From Candidatus Woesearchaeota archaeon (GTDB lineage Archaea; Nanobdellota; Nanobdellia; SCGC-AAA011-G17; PNOQ01), in NCBI GenBank assembly GCA_043812195.1, contig JBDRML010000029.1:48263-112262 (forward strand): a stretch of 64,000 bases of DNA. The letters run 5' to 3'. Of the stretch, positions 56,739 through 64,000 are shown piece after piece; positions within the stretch are counted from its first letter, which is position 1; every line of letters begins with the position of its first letter. The position numbers and the translations under genes were made by a program. Under the pieces are notes generated by a model that searched no databases, was not told the origin of the DNA, and saw only the letters and a list, made by a program, of their open reading frames with translations.

Positions 56739-59327
56739 ATGATAAATTTTCAAAAAACACCATACAAAGATGAAGAAATTTTTGCTAGTCTTAACAAGCT
56801 TGTTTCAACTTGGTTTAAAAATAAATTTGGAGAATTCTCATTACCACAAAAATACGCAGTAATGAACATACACAACAAAGAAAACACATTAATAACAGCA
56901 CCAACAGGTTCAGGTAAAACCCTATCAGCATTTCTAGCTATAATAAATGAACTAACTAACCTATCAAAAGATGAAAAATTAGAAGATAGAGTATATTGTC
57001 TATACATTTCTCCCTTAAAAGCTCTCAATTATGATATACAAGTTAATCTAAAAGAGCCATTAAAAGAATTAGCAACTATGGCAGGACACGATTTAGGAAT
57101 AAGAGTAGCTGTTAGAACAGGAGACACAACACAAAGAGAAAGAGCACAAATGTTAAACACCCCACCACATATTCTCATCACAACACCTGAGAGTTTAGCC
57201 TTAATGTTAACAGCTCCAAAGTTCAGAGATCATCTATCAAAAGTCCAATGGGCTATCATAGATGAAGTTCATGCTTTAGCAGTAAACAAAAGAGGAGTAG
57301 ATTTATCTTTAAGTTTGGAAAGACTTCAAGAATTCGCAGGAAATTACACAAGAATAGGATTATCAGCAACTATTTCACCTTTAGAAGAAGTAGCAAAATA
57401 TCTAGTAGGATTAGAAAAAGGAGAATACAGATCATGTAAAATTGTAGACGCAAGTTTCCTTAAAAAATTAGATTTAAAAGTCATAAGCCCAGTAGAAAAT
57501 ATAATACAAACTACAGAAACAGACTTGCATGATAGTTTATACAACATGTTAGATAATTTAATACAAGAACACAAAACCACTTTAATATTCACAAACACAA
57601 GAGCAGGAACAGAAAGGGTAATCCATCATCTAAAAACTAAATTCCCAGAAAAATACATAGAAAACATAGACGCACACCATAGTTCATTATCAAAATCACA
57701 CAGATTTGACACAGAAGAAAGACTGAGAAAGGGAAAATTGAAAGTAGTAGTTACGTCTTCAAGTTTAGAACTAGGTGTAGATATAGGTTATATTGACTTA
57801 GTTATTCAAATGGGTTCTCCAAAATCAGTAACACGTGCACTTCAAAGATTTGGAAGAGCACAACATAAATTAAAAGGAAAATCAAAAGGAAGATTCGTAG
57901 TTTTAGACAGAGATGATTTAGTAGAATGTTCTGTAATGTTAAAAAACGCAGTAGAAGGAAAAATAGACAAAATAGATATCCCAAAAAATTGTTTAGATGT
58001 TCTAGCCCAACATATTTACGGAGAAGCAATAGTAGAATACAGAAACCCAGATGAATTATTCGATTCAATAAAACAATCTTATTGTTATCAAGATCTTCAA
58101 AGAAGTCAATATGAAGATATTCTAAGTTATTTAGCAGGAGAATATGTCGCATTAGAAGAAAGACATGTTTATGCAAAAATATTTTACAATAGAGAAGATA
58201 ATTTAATAGGTAAAAAAGGAAAACTAGCAAGAGTATTATACAGCACAAACATAGGGACAATTCCAGATGAATCTCATTTATTAGTTAAAATAAAAGACCA
58301 AGTAATAGGAACCTTAGATGAAGGCTTTTTAGAAAGATTAAAGCCAGGAGATGTTTTTATTCTAGGCGGAGCAACTTACCAATTCCAATACGCAAGAGGC
58401 ATGACAGTTCAAGTTAGAGCCACACCAGAAAAACTCCCGACAGTTCCAAGCTGGTTTTCAGATATGCTTCCTTTAAGTTATGATTTAGCTATGGAAATTC
58501 AAAAATTTAGATTATTAATGGAAGAAAAATTCAATTCTAAAAAATCCAAAGAAGAAATTATAAAATTTATAGATGAATATCTTTATGTAGATGAAAACGC
58601 TGCAAATTCAATCTATGAATATTTCCGAGAACAATATCTATATGCAGAAATTCCACACAAAGAAAAAATACTAATAGAATTCTATAAAGGATATGCAGAT
58701 AACAAATATGTAATATTCCACACTTTATTCGGAAGAAGAGTTAATGATGCTTTATCAAGAGCCATAGCATACGAAATATCAAGACTAACAAAAAAGGGAG
58801 TTTCAATAGCACTAACAGACAACGGATTCTATCTGACATCTACAGAAGCAAAAAAGATACAAGCTCTAAGAGGATTCAATAATGTTACTCAAGATAATAT
58901 AAAAGATATTTTAATCAAAGCTATAGACAACACAGAAATATTAAAAAGAAGATTCAGACACTGTGCGGGAAGAGCCTTAATGATCTTAAGAAATTATAAA
59001 GGTGTAAGAAAACAAGCAGGCAGACAACAAGTAAGCGCCATGATTTTATTAAAAGCAGTTAAAAGAATTTCAGATAAATTCCCAATTTTAGAAGAAGCCA
59101 GAAGAGAAGTAATAGAAGATCTAATGGACATTAAAAATGCAAAAAAAGTTCTAAAAGATTTAGATATGGGAAGAATTAAAGTCAAAACCATATCAACAGA
59201 CATTCCATCACCTTTTGCATTAAACTTAATTGCAAGAGGTTTCATGGATGTAATCAAAATGGAGGATAAATTAGAATTTATAAGAAGAATGCATAAAGCT
59301 GTATTGAAAAGAATTGAAAACAACTAA
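56739..59327 (+). CDS. lhr: Lhr-like ATP-dependent SF2 helicase
   Basis: APTGSGKT, SPLKAL, TTPESL, DEVH, SAT, HHSSLS, SSLELGVD, QRFGR, IGTIPDE. Confidence 0.93.
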   Translation: MINFQKTPYKDEEIFASLNKLVSTWFKNKFGEFSLPQKYAVMNIHNKENTLITAPTGSGKTLSAFLAIINELTNLSKDEKLEDRVYCLYISPLKALNYDIQVNLKEPLKELATMAGHDLGIRVAVRTGDTTQRERAQMLNTPPHILITTPESLALMLTAPKFRDHLSKVQWAIIDEVHALAVNKRGVDLSLSLERLQEFAGNYTRIGLSATISPLEEVAKYLVGLEKGEYRSCKIVDASFLKKLDLKVISPVENIIQTTETDLHDSLYNMLDNLIQEHKTTLIFTNTRAGTERVIHHLKTKFPEKYIENIDAHHSSLSKSHRFDTEERLRKGKLKVVVTSSSLELGVDIGYIDLVIQMGSPKSVTRALQRFGRAQHKLKGKSKGRFVVLDRDDLVECSVMLKNAVEGKIDKIDIPKNCLDVLAQHIYGEAIVEYRNPDELFDSIKQSYCYQDLQRSQYEDILSYLAGEYVALEERHVYAKIFYNREDNLIGKKGKLARVLYSTNIGTIPDESHLLVKIKDQVIGTLDEGFLERLKPGDVFILGGATYQFQYARGMTVQVRATPEKLPTVPSWFSDMLPLSYDLAMEIQKFRLLMEEKFNSKKSKEEIIKFIDEYLYVDENAANSIYEYFREQYLYAEIPHKEKILIEFYKGYADNKYVIFHTLFGRRVNDALSRAIAYEISRLTKKGVSIALTDNGFYLTSTEAKKIQALRGFNNVTQDNIKDILIKAIDNTEILKRRFRHCAGRALMILRNYKGVRKQAGRQQVSAMILLKAVKRISDKFPILEEARREVIEDLMDIKNAKKVLKDLDMGRIKVKTISTDIPSPFALNLIARGFMDVIKMEDKLEFIRRMHKAVLKRIENN

Positions 59328-59403
59328 AAAGTAGTAACAAATAGAAAGGCTTATAAAGATAAATTGAATAACTTTTAATAAATTATGAGTAAATGGAAAG
59401 AAA

Positions 59404-59817
59404 ATGGGAAGTATAAAAAGCACTGTGGGATTGTATATTGCAATTTTTGGTTTGACAGCACTTGTAGCCAGAGGATGTAACATGGCTTGGAATAATAAAA
59501 ATGTTGAAGAATTAGGAAGGCACACAGTATCTAATGCCACAAAAATAAGCGGACATGAAGAATTTACATTATATCCAGATGGTTCTTCTGATTTAAAAAT
59601 ATATCCTGGTATTATGGGACATAGATATATGTCAAGTAAGTTATATCAAGATATAGATGGAGATCAATTAGTTGATAGAATTAGAATAAACGGACCAGAG
59701 TGGCAATTTAATAGGCTTAAGGATGTTTTAGTTAGATCAACTGATTATTCTGATTACAAAGATGAATTTGATAAAGCAGATAGAAAAATCAGAAAGAAAG
59801 CAACATCATTAAAATAA
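59404..59817 (+). CDS. hypothetical secreted protein inserted between lhr and the metallophosphoesterase
   Basis: N-terminal TM, DIDGDQLVD motif and its own conserved promoter at 59331-59358. Confidence 0.55.
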   Translation: MGSIKSTVGLYIAIFGLTALVARGCNMAWNNKNVEELGRHTVSNATKISGHEEFTLYPDGSSDLKIYPGIMGHRYMSSKLYQDIDGDQLVDRIRINGPEWQFNRLKDVLVRSTDYSDYKDEFDKADRKIRKKATSLK

Positions 59818-59897
59818 ATCTAAAGCATAATATTTTTCCTTATTTTTTACAAGGTTTACATAAAATATATATAAAAACTTAACATTATTCTAAAATC

Positions 59898-60599
59898 ATG
59901 GTTAATATAACTAAAAATATAGAAATAAAAGATTTAGCATTATATCTTAAAAAAGAAAATACTTTAATAATTTCAGATCCTCAGTTAGGTTATGAAGAAA
60001 ATTTACTAAATAAAGGTGTATTAATTCCATTCAATCAATTAAAAGATTTAAAAGAAAGATTAAATAAAATTTTCAAAAATCTAAAATTTAAAAATATAAT
60101 CATAAATGGAGATCTAAAACACGAATTCGGAAAAATATCAAGACAAGAATGGAAAGAAGTAACAGAAATAATAGAATTCCTATCAAGTTTTTGTGAAAAA
60201 TTAATTATAATAAAAGGAAACCATGATATAGTATTAAACTCAATAACAAAGAAAAATAATATTGAAGTAGTTGAAAATTATAAAATAGGAAAAACATTCA
60301 TAACTCACGGACATAAAATCCCAGAAATTCCAAAAGATATAAACACAATAATAATAGGACATGAACATCCTGCAATTTCAATAACTGATGGTGAAGTAAA
60401 AGAAATATACAAATGCTATCTAAAATATAAATTCAAAAACAAAACATTAATAATCCAACCTTCATCATTTTTATTAAATGAAGGAACAGATATTCTAACA
60501 TATGAAACTCATTCTCCTTTCATTAAAGATTTCGAAAATTTTGAAGTTTGGATTGTAGCAGACAAAATATATTACTTTGGTAAAGTTAAAAACCTATAA
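59898..60599 (+). CDS. Lhr-associated metallophosphoesterase
   Basis: ISD.QLGYE, NGDLKH, GNHD, THGH, GHEHP. Confidence 0.87.
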   Translation: MVNITKNIEIKDLALYLKKENTLIISDPQLGYEENLLNKGVLIPFNQLKDLKERLNKIFKNLKFKNIIINGDLKHEFGKISRQEWKEVTEIIEFLSSFCEKLIIIKGNHDIVLNSITKKNNIEVVENYKIGKTFITHGHKIPEIPKDINTIIIGHEHPAISITDGEVKEIYKCYLKYKFKNKTLIIQPSSFLLNEGTDILTYETHSPFIKDFENFEVWIVADKIYYFGKVKNL

Positions 60600-60616
60600 C
60601 ATTAGTTTTCATAAAG

Positions 60617-60961
60617 TTAGAGCTCCAAACTAATTTTAATAGCAATCTCAACTTTTTTCATCATATATTTATCCAATTTCCCAACTTTTTTAATAATTCT
60701 AGATTTATCAATTGTCCTTATTTGATTTAAAAGAACTGTAGAATCTTTCTTTAATTTAGAACTCGCTTTTGGCAACTCAACATTAGTAGGATATTCTTTA
60801 TTATAAATCTTTGAAGTTATAGGAGCAATAATTGTAGTGGGGCTATATTGATTAGAAACATCATTTTGTATTATTAAAACCGGTCTGATTTTTCCTTGTT
60901 CAGAACCTCTAACTGGGTCTAAATTTACCAAACAAATTTCTCCCCTTTTTACAGCTACCAT
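60617..60961 (-). CDS. mazF: MazF/PemK family endoribonuclease toxin
   Basis: KRGEI..VNLDP..GSEQGKIRPVLIIQND..N, PITS, QIRTIDKSR. Confidence 0.93.
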   Translation of the reverse strand: MVAVKRGEICLVNLDPVRGSEQGKIRPVLIIQNDVSNQYSPTTIIAPITSKIYNKEYPTNVELPKASSKLKKDSTVLLNQIRTIDKSRIIKKVGKLDKYMMKKVEIAIKISLEL

Positions 60962-61188
60962 TCTATATCAATTTCAGAATCAATATGCTCGAATTCTTTA
61001 GTTATTCTAAGCGAATCCTTGGCCATTGTTTTACACCCTTCAATAAGCAATTCTCTCTGCAACCTTTTTTGTTTTTCATTGTTATTCATCAACTTTACGA
61101 TTACCTCTTCGTATGTTTCACCAGGATCACATTTCATATTTTCAAGGGCCATTTTCACACCTTCATTTAATTGTATTGTAGTTACCAT
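60955..61188 (-). CDS. cognate antitoxin (RHH-like)
   Basis: MVTTIQL...K..LE.MK....ETYEEVI; overlaps the toxin start. Confidence 0.75.
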   Translation of the reverse strand: MVTTIQLNEGVKMALENMKCDPGETYEEVIVKLMNNNEKQKRLQRELLIEGCKTMAKDSLRITKEFEHIDSEIDIEW

Positions 61189-61192
61189 GCTA

Positions 61193-61211
61193 ACTATAGT
61201 TAAACTATAGT
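61193..61211. promoter_or_regulatory. putative TA autorepression operator
   Basis: ACTATAGT-TAA-ACTATAGT (two palindromic 8-mers) between the TATA box and the antitoxin start. Confidence 0.5.
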
Positions 61212-61237
61212 ATATAAACTTTTTGTTTAGAAAAGAG

Positions 61238-61341
61238 CGCCGAGACTGGGATTTGAACCCAGGAGTCCCGAAGGACCTAGATTAGCAATCTAGTGCACTA
61301 ACCAGGCTATGCGTTCGAGGATTTATTCTATCTATCTCGGC
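61238..61341 (-). tRNA. tRNA-Ser(GCT) with a 20-nt BHB intron at 8/9 (61314-61333)
   Basis: Acceptor GCCGAGA/TCTCGGC plus G73, anticodon arm CTAGA-TTGCTAA-TCTAG, variable arm GTCC-TTCG-GGAC, T arm CTGGG-TTCAAAT-CCCAG. BHB helix CGAG/CTCG with bulges AT|A and AA|C. Confidence 0.88.
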
Positions 61342-61990
61342 AAAAAGCCTTCTCGGTAACACTCTGTATTATGCTCTTTTTCTTAGAATGAGATGATTGT
61401 ATTAAGTTTATAAATCTTTCAGTTCCTTTTCTTTTCAACAAAATTTCATAAGCATCCTTTTTACCAATTCTTTTATATGGCCCATTTAAAGAACATTCCA
61501 TCTTCAAATCCTCCAAAATTTTCTTTAATTGTTTCAAACCATTTAAATTTATAGAACCAAATCTAACTCTAGTATATTTGCCTTGATTTAAATCAATAGA
61601 TCCATCTCCATCAAAATAACCTTGAATAAACCCAAGCTTTACAGCATCATTTCCTTCCATAACAAATTTAGGAACATACCATTTATTATTTCCCAATACA
61701 ACATATCTAAGAATATCATCTATAACATATTTTTTAACTATACACACTCTATAAGTTCTATTATTACTAAATATTATATTAGGTTTATAACCATAAACAA
61801 AATTCAATAATTCTTGAAATTTTTGTAAAAGAAGTATATTTGTATTGGCAAATTCCATTATTCTTTTATTTTGTACTCGATTATAGTGTTTATTCCTTCT
61901 TTTATCAAATTCTATATATCTACTAACATATTCTCTATAATTTCCATCAGAACACAATAACCCAATTATGTTAGCTTTTTTTGACAACAT
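61328..61990 (-). CDS. free-standing LAGLIDADG homing endonuclease, 3' end overlaps tRNA-Ser(GCT)
   Basis: IIGLLCSDG and FIQGYFDGDG; the TAG stop at 61330-61328 lies within the tRNA intron. Confidence 0.88.
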   Translation of the reverse strand: MLSKKANIIGLLCSDGNYREYVSRYIEFDKRRNKHYNRVQNKRIMEFANTNILLLQKFQELLNFVYGYKPNIIFSNNRTYRVCIVKKYVIDDILRYVVLGNNKWYVPKFVMEGNDAVKLGFIQGYFDGDGSIDLNQGKYTRVRFGSINLNGLKQLKKILEDLKMECSLNGPYKRIGKKDAYEILLKRKGTERFINLIQSSHSKKKSIIQSVTEKAFCRDR

Positions 61991-62010
61991 ACCAATATAT
62001 AGTAAAATTT

Positions 62011-62054
62011 CTTTATAAACACTTTTCTGGTGGTTGTCAACCTTGTCGACCTTT
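62011..62054 (-). promoter_or_regulatory. conserved upstream motif plus TATA box of the LAGLIDADG/tRNA-Ser(GCT) unit
   Basis: Minus strand AAAGGTCGACAAGGTTGACAACCACCA-GAAAAGTGTTTATAAAG. Confidence 0.7.
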
Positions 62055-62091
62055 CCAAAACCCTTAAAAACTCCATCTTTAAATCAAAATC

Positions 62092-62826
62092 ATGACATTA
62101 AATATAATTGGTATAGGATTAAACGATGAAAAAGACATCACTCTAAAAGGATTAGAACTAATCCAAAATTCAGACTATGTCTATTTAGAAAACTACACTT
62201 CAAAATTAAACTGCCCTATAGAAAATTTAGAAAAACTCTATAAAAAAAAGATTATATTAGCAGATAGAAATCTAGTAGAAAACAAAACAGATGAAATTTT
62301 GAACCAAGCTAAAACAAAAAATGTATCTCTATTAATCATTGGAGATCCTTTCTCAGCAACAACACACATTACATTATTATTAAAAGCAAAAGAAATGAAA
62401 ATAAAAACTCAAATAATAAATAATGCATCAATTTTAACAGCAATGGGGATAACAGGATTAGAACTATATAAATTCGGTAAAACCACTTCAATACCTTTTA
62501 ACCATAAAAATATAAAAACACCAATAGAAGCCCTAAAAAACAATCAAAAAATAAACCTACACACTTTATTCTTATTAGATTTAAATCCAAAAGAAAATAA
62601 ATTTTTAACAATAAATGAAGCAGCAAAATACTTAATTGAAAACAAAGTTAAAAAAGAAACACTAGCAATAGGTTTAACGCAATTAGGTTCAGATAATCCT
62701 GAAATTAAAACTTCATCTTTAGAAAACTTAACAAAATTAAAATTTAATAAATATCCTCAATCTCTAATAATTCCCGGAAAACTACACTTCATAGAAGAAG
62801 AAGCAATTACAAGATTTAAGAAATAA
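62092..62826 (+). CDS. dph5: diphthine synthase
   Basis: IGIGL....DITLKGL, YLENYTS, GDPFSATTH, LYKFGKTTSIPF, LHTLFLLD, LHFIEEE. Confidence 0.94.
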   Translation: MTLNIIGIGLNDEKDITLKGLELIQNSDYVYLENYTSKLNCPIENLEKLYKKKIILADRNLVENKTDEILNQAKTKNVSLLIIGDPFSATTHITLLLKAKEMKIKTQIINNASILTAMGITGLELYKFGKTTSIPFNHKNIKTPIEALKNNQKINLHTLFLLDLNPKENKFLTINEAAKYLIENKVKKETLAIGLTQLGSDNPEIKTSSLENLTKLKFNKYPQSLIIPGKLHFIEEEAITRFKK

Positions 62827-62890
62827 TCCCTTAATTTTATTTAACAGTCCATCAAAAACTATATAAACAGTTCTTTTTTAAATTTCCTTA

Positions 62891-63376
62891 ATGAAAAATA
62901 AACATGTAGGTTTCTTAATAATTGGTATAGCAATAATTTTCTTTGTAATTGTCATGTCTTTTAACAATGCATTGCAAACGATTGTAAACACTTCATGTAC
63001 TCATGGCGATACATGTCCAATGCAAACAACTTTAAAAACTCAACAAATAGTAAGCTACAGTTTAATCGGATTATTAGTTTTGGTTGGTATTTTCGTAGCA
63101 TTTTTTATTGGTGATGAAAAAACAACTACACATATTATAACACAAAACACATTAACAGAAGAAGAAAAGAAAAAGAAAATAGAAAATCTAGATGATGAAG
63201 AAAAACAAATTATACAATTTATTCTAAACAAAGAGGGATCTGTATTCCAAAGCGATATTATAAAAGAAACAGGCTTCACCAAGGTAAAAATTACAAGAAT
63301 TCTTGATAGGCTTCAGGGTAAAGGTTTAATTGATAGAAAAAGAAGAGGAATGACGAATATTATTATAATCAAATAA
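62891..63376 (+). CDS. membrane-anchored winged-HTH (MarR-like) protein
   Basis: Two TMs, then G.VFQSDI....GFTKVKITRILDRL..KGLI.RKRRGMTN. Confidence 0.75.
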   Translation: MKNKHVGFLIIGIAIIFFVIVMSFNNALQTIVNTSCTHGDTCPMQTTLKTQQIVSYSLIGLLVLVGIFVAFFIGDEKTTTHIITQNTLTEEEKKKKIENLDDEEKQIIQFILNKEGSVFQSDIIKETGFTKVKITRILDRLQGKGLIDRKRRGMTNIIIIK

Positions 63377-63432
63377 TTTTGAAACTAGTTTCACTACATC
63401 ATTTATAAAGCGTTTCATTTATTGTTTAAAAC

Positions 63433-63636
63433 ATGAAACAAATAATAGTAAAGATAAAAGGCATGCATTGTAAAAGCTGTGAAACCTTAATAAAAGATAG
63501 TTTAGAAGAATTAGAAGGTGTTAAAGTTTTAGGCATTTCTGAAAAAAAAGGTTTAGCCACAATAGAATATAATGAGTCTTTAACTAGTCTAAGCAAAATT
63601 AAAGATATCATAAAACAAGAAGGTTACAAAATATGA
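63433..63636 (+). CDS. copZ: heavy-metal-associated (CopZ-like) chaperone
   Basis: GMHCKSC motif; C-terminal GY. Confidence 0.85.
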   Translation: MKQIIVKIKGMHCKSCETLIKDSLEELEGVKVLGISEKKGLATIEYNESLTSLSKIKDIIKQEGYKI

Positions 63637-64000
63637 AAACTATAATTTATGTGCCTGACATTGAATGTGATAGTTGTGTAAAATTATTAGAAAGATCTTT
63701 TAAAAATAAGGAAGGCATAAATTCATTTAAGATCAAGGAGGATTATATTGAATTCGAATTTAATGAAAACTTAATAAAGAAAGAACAATTAATTAACTTA
63801 ATAAAAAAGCAAAATTTTAGGGCTTCTTTTACACCATTTGAAAGAAAAAATTGGTCAGAAAGAATCAGACATTACAAAGAAAATAAACACAAATATAAAA
63901 TTGAACAAAAAATAATAACTTACACTTTAGGTATATTTCTTACATTATTAATATTAGAAGTTATTTTATATTTAACATTATTTAAAGATATTCCAAATTT
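63633..64000 (+). CDS. HMA-domain membrane protein, 3'-truncated by window edge
   Basis: MKTIIYVPDIECDSC... followed by a hydrophobic segment. Confidence 0.6.
   Translation, partial: MKTIIYVPDIECDSCVKLLERSFKNKEGINSFKIKEDYIEFEFNENLIKKEQLINLIKKQNFRASFTPFERKNWSERIRHYKENKHKYKIEQKIITYTLGIFLTLLILEVILYLTLFKDIPN

Noticed and set aside
210-63611. Numerous short antisense or overlapping ORFs in the track (e.g. 1393-1713, 3719-4129, 14099-14653, 50405-50713, 57802-58260)
   Set aside because: They are shadows of well-supported genes, with no motifs or independent promoters.

Overview
This is a very AT-rich archaeal chromosome segment. Split RpoB''/B' and RpoA'/A'', archaeal r-proteins, aEF-1alpha, aEF-2, Dph5, TATA-type promoters and many short orphan genes make a DPANN lineage (Woesearchaeota/Pacearchaeota-like) likely, but that assignment is inference. 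Housekeeping genes include the RNA polymerase/str cluster, glmS, prs, pheS/pheT, trpS, lhr and dph5. Five things stand out. (1) The EF-2 P-loop (AHID|HGK|TT) is interrupted twice within 9 nt: by a 32-nt frame-breaking insertion that folds into a bulge-helix-bulge (BHB) intron whose canonical cut sites restore the frame exactly, and by a 500-aa LAGLIDADG intein. (2) All three tRNA genes found (Ser-GGA, Trp-CCA, Ser-GCT) carry BHB introns at non-canonical positions (29/30; 30/31 plus 45/46; 8/9). Each is overlapped at its 5' end by a free-standing LAGLIDADG ORF whose stop codon lies inside the tRNA gene, and two of these ORFs share a 26/27-identical upstream motif. This is a candidate endonuclease plus immunity-micro-intron homing system. 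(3) A diversity-generating retroelement (RT, 88-nt TR, two VRs differing from it only at adenines, GNA hairpins, no local Avd) sits between pheS and pheT, and two further target-like paralogs do not match the local TR. (4) Four small cargo cassettes are flanked by 12-32 bp direct repeats that duplicate the 3' end of a neighbouring gene. (5) An SLT-LysM protein and a LysM-like protein may target peptidoglycan. All protein calls come from motif recognition by eye; no database searches were run.
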